A stretch of DNA of 64,000 nt. It comes from Paramoeba atlantica. Its lineage: Eukaryota > Protista > Discosea. Every line of letters begins with the position of its first letter. Within the stretch, counting starts at the first letter, position 1. A model generated the notes under the pieces. That model was not told the origin of the DNA and did not search any database. It saw only the letters and a list, made by a program, of their open reading frames with translations. The DNA lies in assembly GCA_977017575.1 (NCBI GenBank), contig CDRNVI010000153.1, positions 64,329 through 128,328 on the forward strand. The letters run 5' to 3'. The position numbers were made by a program, and so were the translations under genes. Below are positions 48,625 to 61,900 of the stretch, piece by piece.

Positions 48625-51600
48625 TTATTTTGTGTACATAACATCATCCCATGGATGTCGATAAAGGGGTTGCTTCAACCTCTTCTGATCCAATGCGTGT
48701 CCAATTAAACCGATGGTTCTAAAAAATCATCCAATGAATAAAAAGTAAAAAAGGATTGAAAAAAAAATAAAAAGTTGGACCTGGCAAGAGCAAAGAGCCC
48801 GTTCAAATACCCAATCTCAACCACTTCTTCAATTTCTTCAGCATTAAAAGCTGCGCAACTTTCCATCAAATCAAGGAAAAGTGCGGCAATACAACCATCA
48901 ACATTGAGCACCAAATTGGCAGCTGCAAATCAAATCAGCCGAAAAGAAAAACCAAGAAGGAGAGAAACACAAAAGAAAAAAAAATAAAATAAAATAAGAA
49001 GTAAAATAATGGCAAAAATGAGAACCCTTTGTGACAGTGATGGCTTCCACTTCAAGAGCAAATTCAAGATGTCTTCGGGTTGGAAAATGCATTGAGGCAT
49101 ATTCTTTCATGATAATGACTCGCTTATCCAAGCTGTCTATTGTTCAAAAAAGAAATGGAAAATTTCAATAACAGAAGAATTCGTTTTGAGAAACCGAAAA
49201 AGAAAAACCTCTTGATTTAATTCGGTGACCAATTCCTGGAATTCGAATTCCTTTCTTCTTCATTGCATTAACAAATGTTAATGGAGTACTGTACCGAGCA
49301 AAATCGTTTAATGAAAAATAAAATAAAAAATCCATTGAACAAATAAACATACATTTGATCCTTCAAAGCATCATAAAAAAATCGAGCAGCATCATCAATA
49401 GCTCCTCCAAATCTTGGCCCTAACCATTTTAGAAAATCAGCTCAAAAAAATCTTATTTTTCAAAAGAAAATGAAGAAGAGAGAAAGACCGATTGTTAAAA
49501 GACCAGAACAAAGGCATGAAACAAGATCTTTTCCGGCTCTTGCAGCCACGATTGTGTTGTGAGCTATTTTTATGGAGAATAAAAATGAGAATCATCCAAA
49601 AAAAAAATTTTAAATAAAAAATTTTGAATATTTTAAAAAAAAAACCTCCAGAAACACAGGGACCATGATCAGCAGCCAAAACAAGAACAATTTCTAAAAA
49701 CAGAGAAAAACAAAACTGTCAAAAACTCTCGAATTTTCTCAAATCGAAAATAAAAGAAAGAAAAAGAAAAAGAAACCAATAAATTTGGTGGCATATTTGG
49801 GGAGTTTTCTCTTGAACCAAAGAGCGGCAATAACTTCTCCAACTGAGACATCTCCTTCGGAAATAAATTGGGAGATTGGTGTATCGAAATAAACTGGCTG
49901 TCATAAAAAAAAAATGATTAAAAATAGAAGAAAAAAATAAAGAATAAAAACAATAAATTTTGTCCTTCTGAAAAAAAAAATTTAATTAAATAATCAACCT
50001 CTTCTCCACGATCATCACAAATTGTACTGACAATTCCAGTAGATCGACGAACACGTCCTTTTTTAAAAGCAAGATTAAAGTCAATGGGAATATCAGGTGA
50101 TGATTCTTCATTTTCTCTTTCTTTGATAACTCCTTCTTTCACCAATTTCTGAACAAGAGGATTTTTTAGTTTTTTTTTTTTTAAGATTTCAAAAAGAAAA
50201 AGAGAATAAAATTGAGAGAAAAGAGTAAGAGAGGAGAGAGGGAGAGAGAGAGAACCTGATAAACTTCTCCAATTGCTTTGTCAAGACTATCAAAAGATTC
50301 AGGAACAACAACACCCGCTTTCTTCAAAGCTTCATTCTTTGCTTCGGCGCTCTCTTTTTGAGCTCCCCCTCCCCTATTATTACACAAAAAACCATTTCAT
50401 TAAAAAAAAACAACTTTTTTTTCAAAAGAGAGAAAGAAAGAAAAGAATAAAAGAAAAAACAAACCGAGCTCCAGCATGTCCAAATTGAACCTCAGTTTTG
50501 AACATTTTCGCGCATGTACCGCTCACCCATCCAACAACAGGCTACACCATATCGATTTTAATAAAAGAAAAATCAAGAAAATAATTTTTTAAAAAGATAT
50601 TTCAATAAAAGAAAAAGAAATTCAAATAATTTGAAATTATAAAAAAGTGATTTTGTTTTGTTTTTCAAAAAAAAAAAAAGAAAAGAGAAAGGAACCTTTG
50701 TGATTTTTCCAGACTGAACAGCTTCAGCAATTTCATACTCAACAGTCCCCCCAACCTTGAAAAAAGAAAAATGATGAATAAAAAAAAAGAAATATTTTGT
50801 GGAAAAAGAAGAAAATACCTCTCCAAGCACAACAATCATTTTGATATCATCAATTTCCTATTCAAATCACACCAAAAAAGAGGTCAGAAAAAGAGAGAGA
50901 GAAAAACACAAAATTGACAAAAAAAAAAAGAAAAGAAAAAAGAAAGAAGAAAAAAGAAAAAAGAAAAAAGAAAAGAAAACTTGATATCGGAGGATATGAT
51001 CAGTAAATGTGGATCCTCCCCAAGCATCCCCTCCAATTGCAATTCCCTCAAAAACACCTAAAAAAATAAATCAGAAATCCGAAATAAATAAATAAATCAG
51101 AAATTAAAAAAGAAAAAGATTTTTTTTAAAAAAAAAAGAACCATTTGTTGTACGAGAAAGCATATTATATAGTTCATTTGACAATCCCCCAGACTGAAAA
51201 ACAAAAAAAGAATTAAATATTATTTCAAAAAAAAAATCATTTCAAAAAAAAAAATCATTTCAAATTAAAATCAAAATTTTACCTTTGATACAACACCAAC
51301 AGATCCTGGACGAAAGAGTTTACAACTCACAATATTATCCATTGTTCCTTTAGTAAAAAAAAGAAGAAAGAGAAGAAAGTGAGGGAAAACAGAGAAAAGA
51401 AAAGAAAATAGATTAAAAAAAAGAAAGGAAAATATTAAAGAATAAATATTATTTGTGAAAAAAACATTACCAGCAGTATCTCCAATTTTAAAAGCTCCCG
51501 CCTTGAAAGAGAAGAAAAAAAATCATCAGTAACAATTTTTTTAAAAAAAGACTTTTTCTTTTCTTTTCTCAAATTACAAAAAAAAAATTCTTTTCCAACC

Positions 51601-52719
51601 TGAATTCCACCAACAGTGGCAGGGCCAATAATCATTTTTCCTTTTTTCTTTGCCAATGCAATCAATCTTCGAGCGTCTGCTTCTGGAACCCCCTATTTAA
51701 AATTAAATTTGAGAAAAAAGAGAATATTTTGAATTGAAATATTCAATGATTCTCAAAAAAAAAAACTGTTCTTTTTGAAGAAATGAAAAACGAAAATGAA
51801 AAATGAAAATGAATAAAGAAAAAAAACAAAAAAAAACCTCAGCAATAATAACAACAGTTCGAATTGTAGGCTGTTCCAAAGCAAGACGAGATGATTGGTA
51901 GGCACTATTACAAAAATTGTTCAGAAAATAAAAAGAAAAAGAAAATAAAATAAGAAAATGAACCTTCGAAAGGAAGCGAAATTGATGAAAACATCGGCGT
52001 TAGGATGAGAAGAACATGTCAAACCAATATCATCATAAACAGGGATTAAGATCTAAACTCATATTTGCAATCAGAAAAGAAAAGAAGAAAAAAGAAAAAA
52101 AAAGTTTAAAAAAAAAAGTAAAAATAAAAAAAGTAAAAAGAAGAGATCAAAAAAACAAAACTCAAAAACATAATCAAAATAAAAAGTCCAAGAACAAAAA
52201 AAAAAACAAGACCAAAAAAAAACAAGACAAAAAAAAAGAGGGCAAAAAAAAACCTCTGTGGTACCAAAAAACGCTTTTTGTGAACCCTTTTTTTAAAAAA
52301 TTTTAGTTCTCTGAAAAACCAAATAAAAAAGGATCGTTTCGTTTTCAAGAGACACAAACCTGTGTTGTTCCGGGAGTGATGAGAGCTGCGACAGAAGGAG
52401 TTTTTCTTTGGCAAAGATAATCAAAATCTAACATTCGCTGAAGAAAAAAAAAATGAGTTTCATGGTTTGAAAAAAGAAAGGAGGAAAGAGAAGGGCGAAT
52501 TGGAGAGGGAGAGAGAGAAAAAAAAGCCCAAAAAACCTGAACAGGAGGAGTTTTGTAATTGTAAATCACAGCCTGAGTAGTTTTCGAAAACAACTGCCCA
52601 CTAGACGACATCGTTACGTTTTTTTCTTCTTCTTCTTCTTTTTCTTCTTTACCCTTCTTTTCTTCTTTTCTCTCTTCTTCGCTTTCGTCTCTTTTTCGTT
52701 TACGTGTCGGGTGTTCCAT
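48625..52719 (-). CDS. ATP-citrate lyase, split-type subunit (SCS-alpha-like plus citrate-synthase-like domains; plant ACLB / fungal Acl1 type), many small exons
   Basis: [64 protein letters not shown] (phospho-His), [43 protein letters not shown]; TAA at 48625. Confidence 0.93.
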
Positions 52720-52989
52720 TTGTCGGTTCACCGCGTCGTAAAAGTCGACAAACTTTTCCTTTGATTCAAGGCTAAAATTTTTTTTAGAAACCTAAAAATC
52801 TGTTTTTGGTGTTTCGGTTTTTATTTGCCTATTTTTGATTTGTTGTTTGATTTTTTCCGTTTTTTTGTGTTGCTTTGTTTCCCACTCAAGGTTCTCTCTT
52901 TTCAACTTTTCGTGAATTGGTTTCAGGATTGGGTTTTCTTGTTTCTTATTTTTTTTGGTGAATCTCCACAAATTCTGTGATGAAAAAAA

Positions 52990-55900
52990 GTGATGGAGAA
53001 AAAAGGAGTTTTGTTCAAAACTCAAGATGAACGGGCGGAGAAAAGTGAGAATAAGTATCAGATGGCTTCCTCACTTTGCTCCCGGAGCTTTGGTGACCAT
53101 ACAGAGCAGTGGCATTACCGTTTGAATGAACGAGGAGGAACAAGTGATGGTGTCTCTCTTTCAAGTTATCGGACTAAAAGAGGTTCCAGTTCCGATCGGA
53201 ATCAAGGAGGGAGCCGATCGGAGGAGCAGGGGAGTGATCCTCTTTCAAAAGGTGAGAGGGGAAAAGGAGAAGAAGGAGATAAGAAGAGTGATATTCCAAG
53301 AGGTGAGAAACCGAAAACCCATCGAAATGTGAGAGATTCTCCAAAGAGGACTGATGATTTTGCCTTGAGTTGTAATACAACACACAGCTTTTCTTCTCCA
53401 CCATTAAAAAAACCTGAATCTCCAGCTCTAAAAAGAAAGAAAGTGAAGTCTGCAACTTCGATGAAAAAGTTCTTTTTCTTTTTGGCACTCTTCATATGCA
53501 AACACTAAATTGTTATCTTCCCCATGTTATCAGAGTAGCAAAGGGAGATCTTTCAAGAAGCGATTTTGCTCAGGTGATCACTCTTTTTTCATCACCATCT
53601 TTTCCAATTGAACATTTTGATTCTAATTTTTGTTTTTTTGATTTTGTTTTTCTCTTAGGCTACTGGGACAGCATCGGTTTTTCTTTTACTTTTTTTCATT
53701 CCTTTTTTTTTTCTCGTTCTGATTGAGAAGAACAAAAATACAGCTGGCTCATATTTCAAGTCTCACTCGAGGGACAGTCATTAAAATAGTCAATAATGAT
53801 CGGTTTTTCCCCTTATTCAACTTTTTTCTTTTCCTCTCTTCTTTCTGCTCATGGCTTTTTTTTAAGATGTGCACACACCCTGGCGAAAACAATGAAAGTT
53901 GAACCTCAAACGCGTGTTGATGATATTTGTGAACGATTTGTAAAAATGGTTGATAGTTCACTTTCCCCCTCTCTTTAAATCTTTTTCTCTTTTGACAAAT
54001 TGTTCCGCAGAACACTTTACTCGACAAACCAGAAGACTACGGATTGTATTACAATCGAACTCTTCTTTCTGTAATTTATTTTATGCTTTCAATTCAACAA
54101 ACTGACCCATTAATATTCACAATCTATCCCTTTTTTTTTTTCCAACAACTAGGGAGAGACACAAGTTAGCTCACTGAATCTAACTACACAAGAGAATTTT
54201 TATTTTATATTAAAACCAGATGCTCCACTCCACTCTGCTGTCTCCGCCCAATCTGTTGGTCCTCCATTTTTCTTTTTTATTTCTTTGTTAAAGAAATCCA
54301 ATCAAAGTAGGGTTTTAATCCTCGACTATTTTTTCTTGTTATTCAGATTTAATGGAACGGTTGACTGCTCCAAACATGGATCTTCATGCTGTTGATGGCC
54401 AGGTTCTCTTTTTTTCATTATTATTCAAGAGAGCGCCTTTTCGAGAGACTAACTGAATGAATTTTTGATGTTTTTTCAGACACGAAATCTTCTTCATGTC
54501 TACGCGCTTAGCAAAACAACGACTCCTGATGAAGAAGTTTTAAAATTTTTGAAAAAACACAAATTAAGTTTCACCTCCATTGACAAGAACGGAAAAATTC
54601 CTCTCTTCTATGCAATCGAAGTTTCTCTTGAACCTTTCTTTTTCTCATTATGTTTAAAATAGTTCTAATATATTGAAAAATAACAGACCCAAAAAGTTAA
54701 AATGATCCAATATTTACTGCGAAATGTTTCTGATTGCTTTTCATTTGTCGATTCTCAAGTAATTCTTCTATTGTTATTATTCTTTGAAAAAAAAGAAAAG
54801 TCTGCTTCTCTTTTATTAAAAGTCTTGTTTTAAAAAACGAATTATATAGCACCGGACTCCTGTTCATGCTCTTTGCCAAGTCGAAGGTTTGAAAGAAGAG
54901 CCCCAGTATCAAGTTTGTTATTTTTCCACACCCCATTTCCCAAACATTTTTTTTTGGTTTGTATTTCTCAATTTTATTTGTTTTTTTTTACCCTGCAGTT
55001 GGTATCAGAGGCGGTCAAATATGCGTCTTGTCATTCACAAGATACTTTGGGAAATTATCCAATTCACTATGCAACGAAAAATGGTTTCTTTTCTTTTCTT
55101 ATTCATTTTTTATTCTGGAGATCTTTGTGGAGATCTTTGTTTTTTTAAAGAGTGAGACGAATTCGTCTTTTGTAGGAAAACTAAGAATAGTGAATTTCTT
55201 GATTGATGAGTGTGGGATTGACCCTGATCTTCGGAATGGTCAACTTGAAACTCCATTGTACCTAGCTGTCCTTCATAAAAGAATTGCTGTTGCTGCTTAT
55301 TTGTCAAAGGTTAAAAATTTTAGAATAGAATGAAGAAAGATCCAATCTGGGTCAAAGAAGATTTTTTAATTTCTATCTTTTTGGTTTTTTTTTTCAGGCA
55401 GAGAAAGCTTCTCGTTTTATTACCGGTGTGGATGGACGTTTCCCACTTGATATTGCAATTGAACACAATAGCCCTGAGCTTGTTGAGATGACCAATTTTA
55501 GTATTTATCTCTTTCATTATTTCATTGATCAATTTGGAGAGCCAAAAAAAGTCTAAATTTATTGTTTTGTTCAAAACAAAAATTGACTTTTCTCAAAAGA
55601 GGAGATGACCTTAACACTGGGTGCCATTCTAGCAACTCGAGGGGACAGCGTTGATGAAATCGTCAAAGAAATGACAACATCTCCCCCCAAACCAAGAAGA
55701 AAGACACCAGAATCACCAAAAAGATCACCAAGACCACAAATATCACCAAGAAATCCAGTTCCAGTTTCTAAATCAGGAGGGATGAATATCTCTGCTCCAA
55801 TGATGGTTGCATCTTCTGCAATAAGAATAGAGAGAACTAAGAGAGTTGATGAGAGTACTTTTCTAAAGAAAGAAGATTCAGCGCCGGTGGCAAAACGATC

Positions 55901-58900
55901 TATTTCCCCTCCTCCTTCTCCTGGGAGGATTTTAACAAGGCAAAAACAGCACCATGGTCTTGATGTTTATTCAAATGAAATTGTTCAGGTTTTTTTTTTT
56001 GAGTTTTGATTATTTTGGGGTTTTTTTTTGAAGAAAATTTGATAGAAACATGACATAAATTGGCAACAAAATTTGACTCAATGCCTTTTCTTCTGTGCTT
56101 TGAGGTTCTCTCTCTCTTTTCTCTCTCTTTTCTCTCTTTGTGAATTGGAGTATTGATTGCTTGGTACTTAGGGGAAAGATTCCATTGTTTCTTGAATTCA
56201 TGAGGAGATATCCTCGAGACATCATCACAAATTACAAGTACTTAGCTTTTTTTTGTTCTTTTCCAAGGAATTATTAAGGAAAAGAAAGGAAAAAAAAGGA
56301 AAATATTTTCCTTTTTGATTCAAAATATTTTTTTTTGTAGAGTTGGAGATTGGAATTTATTGGCTGCTTTGATTCATAATTGTTCTCCTGAAACTGATTA
56401 TATGAACCTTTTAAGTTTGGATTTTCTGTTTCTTTTTTCTTTCCTTTCTTTCTTTCCCTTTCTTTCTTTCCCTTTCTTTCTTCCCCTCTTCTCTCTCCCC
56501 TTCCTCTCTCCCCTCCCTTCAAATCCGACACCCAAAAAAACAATCTCAAAAAAAACCCAAAAACAGACGACTTCATTCTCAAATCAGACCTCCAAACTCG
56601 AGTATCTCGAAACAGAACTCTTCTCCATTTCGCAATTTTAATGCGAAATGAATTTGCAATGCAGTTATTACTTGCTAGGGGGTGTAGTATTAATATGTTT
56701 GATGAGATTGGGTTTACTGAATTGCATATTGCTGTTATGACTGGTTTTTTTTTTTATTATTATTGTGTTTTTTTTAAGGATTGTGTATTTTTTTTTTAGT
56801 GTGTGTTGTATGAGAATAATAGGAATAATCCTCAGAATAAAGAATCTAGAATAAAGAATATTGAAGAAATAATAAAGAATATTTTTTTAATAAATAATTT
56901 ATTTTTTTTAATAATGGTGATAAATAGGGAATTCACGGACTGTTCGTGATTTAATTGCTCTTGGTTGTGACCCAATGATGAGGTTCATTATTATTATTAT
57001 TATTATTTTTTTCTTTTTTTTTCTTTTCTTTTCTTTTTCATTTTTTGTTTTTTGACATCTTTTCTCTCTCTTTCTTTTTCTTTTCTTTTTTTTTTAATGT
57101 TTTATTAGAGCGTTGAATCAAGAAACATCACTGGACCTGGCTGAAAGACTGAAGAAAAAAGATCTTGTTTTAATTTTTAAACATCATCTTGGTGTTGTTC
57201 TTGATCCCCATGGTTTCCACTTTCTTTTCCTTTTCTCTTTTTTTTTTTTCTTTTCCGTTTTCCCCAAAAATCCTTTCTCCTTCTTTCTCTTTTTCTTTCC
57301 TTTCCCTCTTTCTTATCTTTTCTATCTCTTCTCTTTCTCTTCCCACATCTTCTCACTTTTTTCAAAATCAGAATGTCTCGAAGTTTCGCTTCCAACACAA
57401 CCCAATTTTGTAAGAGTTCATGTTTCACAACTTTCTTTGATTGCTCCGGATGATGATCACAAATGGAGGATCTATGTCAGGTTTTTATTCTTTCTTTCTT
57501 TAAAGAATAATTTCTTAAATATTATTTTTATTCTTATGTTTCAATTTTTTTCTTTTCTCTTTCTTTCTTCCCTTTTTCTGCTCTGAAAAAAAATACACCC
57601 AAAAAACTAACAAACTTTAAAAAAGGATGTCACACAAATTAGTTGGAAAACAAAAAATCTTTAAAACAGAAGAAATTAAAAAAGTAAAAGGTCGAGTTCA
57701 AAGAAGACAGGAAATTGTTGCCAATTATCGGTTTTCTTTCTCTTTCTCTTTCTCATTTCTCAATTCTCATTTCTCATTTCTCTTTCTCAATTCTCTTTCT
57801 CAATTCTTTTTCTCTTTCTCTTTCCTCTTCCACCATCCCCCCCAAAACAAAACAAAACAAAAAAAAGCGGATGCGAAGAAGAACTCCAAAAATACTTCAA
57901 ATCAAGAGGCCACACCGATCTCGGAACAGCTCTCCTCGAAATGTCACAAAATGGCAACTTGGCAATGGTCCGCTTTTTGGTGGAGATTAAGGATGTTTCT
58001 TTCTTTTTGGTTAAGGGGAAGGGGAAGATTCATCGGGAGGATGTTTGTTCTTCTGGGGGTGTTTATGAGTTTCCGATTTTTGGGTTTGTGTTTTTTGTTT
58101 TTGTTTTTTTTTTTTTTTTTTTTGGTTTTTGTTTTGGGGGTTTTTTTTTTGGGATTTTTTTTTGTTTTTGTTTGGAAGAATAAGATGGAGAGAAAGAGAA
58201 AAGACAAAATGAAATAGTAACAATTTTCATTTTGTAAAACAATTTGAAATGAGAAATTATTTTCAAAAAAAATAAAAACAGAATAAAAGACACACCAAAA
58301 TCAGTGGCAAAAAATCCTGAAGTACTCCAATTTCTCGAAGATCTTGAAATGAGAGATATGAAAAAGTCAATAGGTTATTATTTTTTTTCTTTCTTTTTTT
58401 AAATTTTTTTTTTATTTTTCTTTTTTACTTTTTTTTTTTCTTTTTCTCTCTTCTCTAATTTTTTTTCAATTGAAAGAACAAAATGCGAATTCAACTTTTG
58501 GTTCAATGCAAAATCTCCTTTTTTGTCCAACTCAAAAACCTCTACCTGCTCGTCCTGATTTTGATGTTTTTCTCTCTTTCTCTTCTTTTCTTTCTCTCTC
58601 TCTCTTTTCGGAATCATTGCATCTTTATCTTTAACTCTTTTATTTATTCATTTTTTTTTTCATTCTAAAAAAATTAGATTTCATACAATGCATCTTCGTC
58701 GAATTTTGTTATTAAAAAAGGGAATGTTATTTATCGTGAGTTGGAAATTCGAGTTCTTTCGGTTTGAAATTTCAAGTTTAATTTAGAGTAAAGATTTGTA
58801 AAAAGGATGAAAGAAACAACATCTTAATACCAAAAAAAAAATAAAAATAAAAAAATAAAATAAAAAATAAAAAACAAAAACAAAAAAAAACAAAAAAAAA

Positions 58901-61900
58901 CAAAAAAAACAAAACAAAAAATAAAAAAATAAAGATAATAAAAATAATAAAAAAAACAGGGAGATCCAAATCTACCAGAAGAGGTACACGAATTACTAGG
59001 GAGGGCAAACATACTTTTGGATTTCGCTGTTGCAAGAGAAAAACAATATACTTTGACTCTTACTACTCCTCTCGGTGTTACTGGTGAAATTGATGTTCTC
59101 TCTTTTCCTTTTTTTCTTTTTTTTTTTGTTTTTTTTTTTGTTTTTTTCTTTTCTTTCTTTTTTGTTTTTCTTTTTGTTTTCTTCTTTTGTTTTCTATCTT
59201 TTTTCTTTACTCTCCAAATTTTAGTTCCTCTTTATGAAGTTATCTTTTACTCCTTCTTGAACTAAACTATTGTTCAGGTTTTTCTTATTTTCAGTCAACT
59301 TGACCAAGATGCACTGACAAAATATGAAGAAGATTATATTCCCTATGACCCATTTGATTCAATTCGTAAAATTAAACGAGTTTCTTTCTCTTCTTCTTTT
59401 CTTTTCTTTCTTTTCTTTCTTCTCTTTCTCTCTTTTCTCTCTCTTAAAAATTTCTTCTCATAGGTTGCAGGACACAAAAAGATTGGAATAGCAAGGAGGG
59501 TTTTAGGTGGAGAACCAGCCTTTCCTATTATGATTGTTCCTGGTCTGGCTTCTTCTGCTCTTGAAGCTTTTGCAACTGATGATAAGGTTTTTCATTTTCA
59601 GCCAGAAAGAAGAAAAGAAAAGAAAGAGAAAAAAAAAATTAAATTTATTTTTGGATTTATTTTTATCTTTTTCATTCTTTAGGAATGGTTTCGAGAGAGA
59701 GTTTGGATCGATCCTTTCAAAATTGGGCGATTGGCTGTGATGGAAAAGGTACTTCTTGATTCATTTCTTATCATATTTTGTAATCAGGCGAAATAGTTAA
59801 GTGGTAAAATTCTCGCTTTGGGTGCGAGAGGCCCGGGTTCGATTCCCGGTTTCGCCCATTTTTTTCTTCTTTTTTTCTTTTTTTTTTCTTTTTTTCTTTT
59901 TCTTTTGGTTTCTCATCTTGGACAATAGATTAACAAGAAATTTCAACGAAAGAAAAAGAAAGTTGAAACTGATCTCCAAAAGGAAGTAAGAATATTTTTC
60001 TTTCATTCAACTCCAATTTTCAACCAGAGAAATTTGTTCTGATTCTTCAATGAAACAGGAACTCGACGATGAAGAAGAAGTAAAATGGGGGAAAATGCTT
60101 GGCCAATCAGATCGAGCGGAAAAGAAAAGAAAATGGATTGCTCATATGATTCTTCAAGAAGATGGTATCAGCGATCCTCCTGGTATTAAGGTTTGTTTTC
60201 ACAGTCTCTGTTCCATCTCTTCTCCTTTTTTTCTCTTTAATCTTTTAAAAAATATAGGTGAGACCGGTTCAAGGATTGCATGGAATTGATTTTCTTGCTG
60301 AATCGAGTGTTGCCAAAGCTCAGGTTAGAAATGAAAAGAAGAAAGAGAAAAAGGAAAAATAAAGATAACATGAGAGGGAAAAGAGAAGGGAGACTAAAAG
60401 TAACAAAACAGTCTTACGTTTTTTCGCACGTAATTCGATCTTTGATTGATTTTGGTAATTTTTTCCTTTTGTCTTTTCTCTTCTCTCCTCTTGTTTTCTG
60501 ACAAAAAAATTCAAGGATATGATTATTCGATGCTGGATGCTTGCCCTTATGATTGGCGACTTCCTCCTTCTTATCTTCAGGTTTCTTTCATAATTTTATT
60601 CTTCTTTGTTCTTTCTTTTCTCTTTCTCTTCTCTTTCTCTTCTCTTTCTCTTTTCCCCTATTTAACAAAAAGACAGAAAAGAGATAATTTTTTTCGGGTG
60701 GTAAAGAAAAAAATTGAGGCAATGGTCGAACAATTTGATCAAAAAGTTGTTCTTCTTGCTCACAGTATGGGAAATAGGTTCTTTCTTTCTTTTCGCTCTT
60801 TTGTTTTATTCTCGTTTTTTTCTTCTTCCTTTCATTTTTCACTTCACCTCTCTTTTCTTTCTCTTTTTAAAACCAAAAACACAATAGAGTAACACAATAT
60901 TTTTTAAAATGGGTGGAACTGGACGATAAAGAATGGGCAGAAAAATATGTTCAGGCTTTTCTTGCATTGGGAGCCCCTTTTTTGGGTTCTGCAAAGGCTT
61001 TAAGAACTGTTATTTGTGGTGATTCTATGGGTCTTGAGGTTCGATTCTCTTTTTATTCTCTTTTTATTCTCTTTTTATTCTCTTTTTATTTGTATTTTTA
61101 TTCCCATTTTTATTTGTATTTTTATCCATTTGAGTTCTTTTCTTTTCATTGTCTTTTTTTTGTCCTTTTTCTTAAGTTTGAATGAACAGGTATTTTTAAC
61201 AGAAGAAGAGGCTTTGTACATGGCAACAAGAAGTGCTTCTCTTCCTTTTTTGTTTCCTGTCCATGAATCTGCTTATCCTGATGATATTATCCGTGTTACT
61301 TCAAAATCTTCATTTTCAGAAGTTTGTTGTTTTATAGTTGTTTTATTGTGTTTTTAATTTGTTGTTAGTTGTTAAAAAGTTAAGTTTGTTTTTGTTAAGT
61401 TGTTTTTTTTGTTTTTTTTTCATCTTTCTAAAAATTTTAACAAAATTTTGAACAGCTTCCTTTTGTTTCTGAGAAATTTGAAACTGTTCTTTCAACTTAC
61501 GTTCCTCGATCTCTTCAGTTTCTCTCTTTCTTTCTCTTTTAACTTTCAAAGACAACTAAAATTTCTCCTTTCTTTTCTCTCTCCTTTCTAGTTTTTATCA
61601 AGAGTTTTATTGTAAAGATCCATTATATTTATTTCAAGATAAAGAAACAACAGTAGGAAGTATACTCCCACCAGTGTTAGACCCTCCTCCTTGTCAAAAT
61701 ATTTGGGTGATCAATGGAATTAATAGGTTTGGTCTCAAAAAGAGAGAAAAGAGGAAAAAGAGGTAGATGAGAAAAGTGAGAAAAGAAAGAAAAAAGAGCT
61801 TTAAAATAAGTTTGAAAGAACAATTCAAAGAAGGCAAGAAATTGAATCTTTCCAATAGGGACACAGAGGTTGGATATTATATGAAAAATAATAAACCAAT

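Noticed and set aside
59787-59857. tRNA-targeted retrotransposon (Dictyostelium TRE-like) association
   Set aside because: No element flanks this tRNA, and the LINE is ~57 kb away next to a protein-coding gene.
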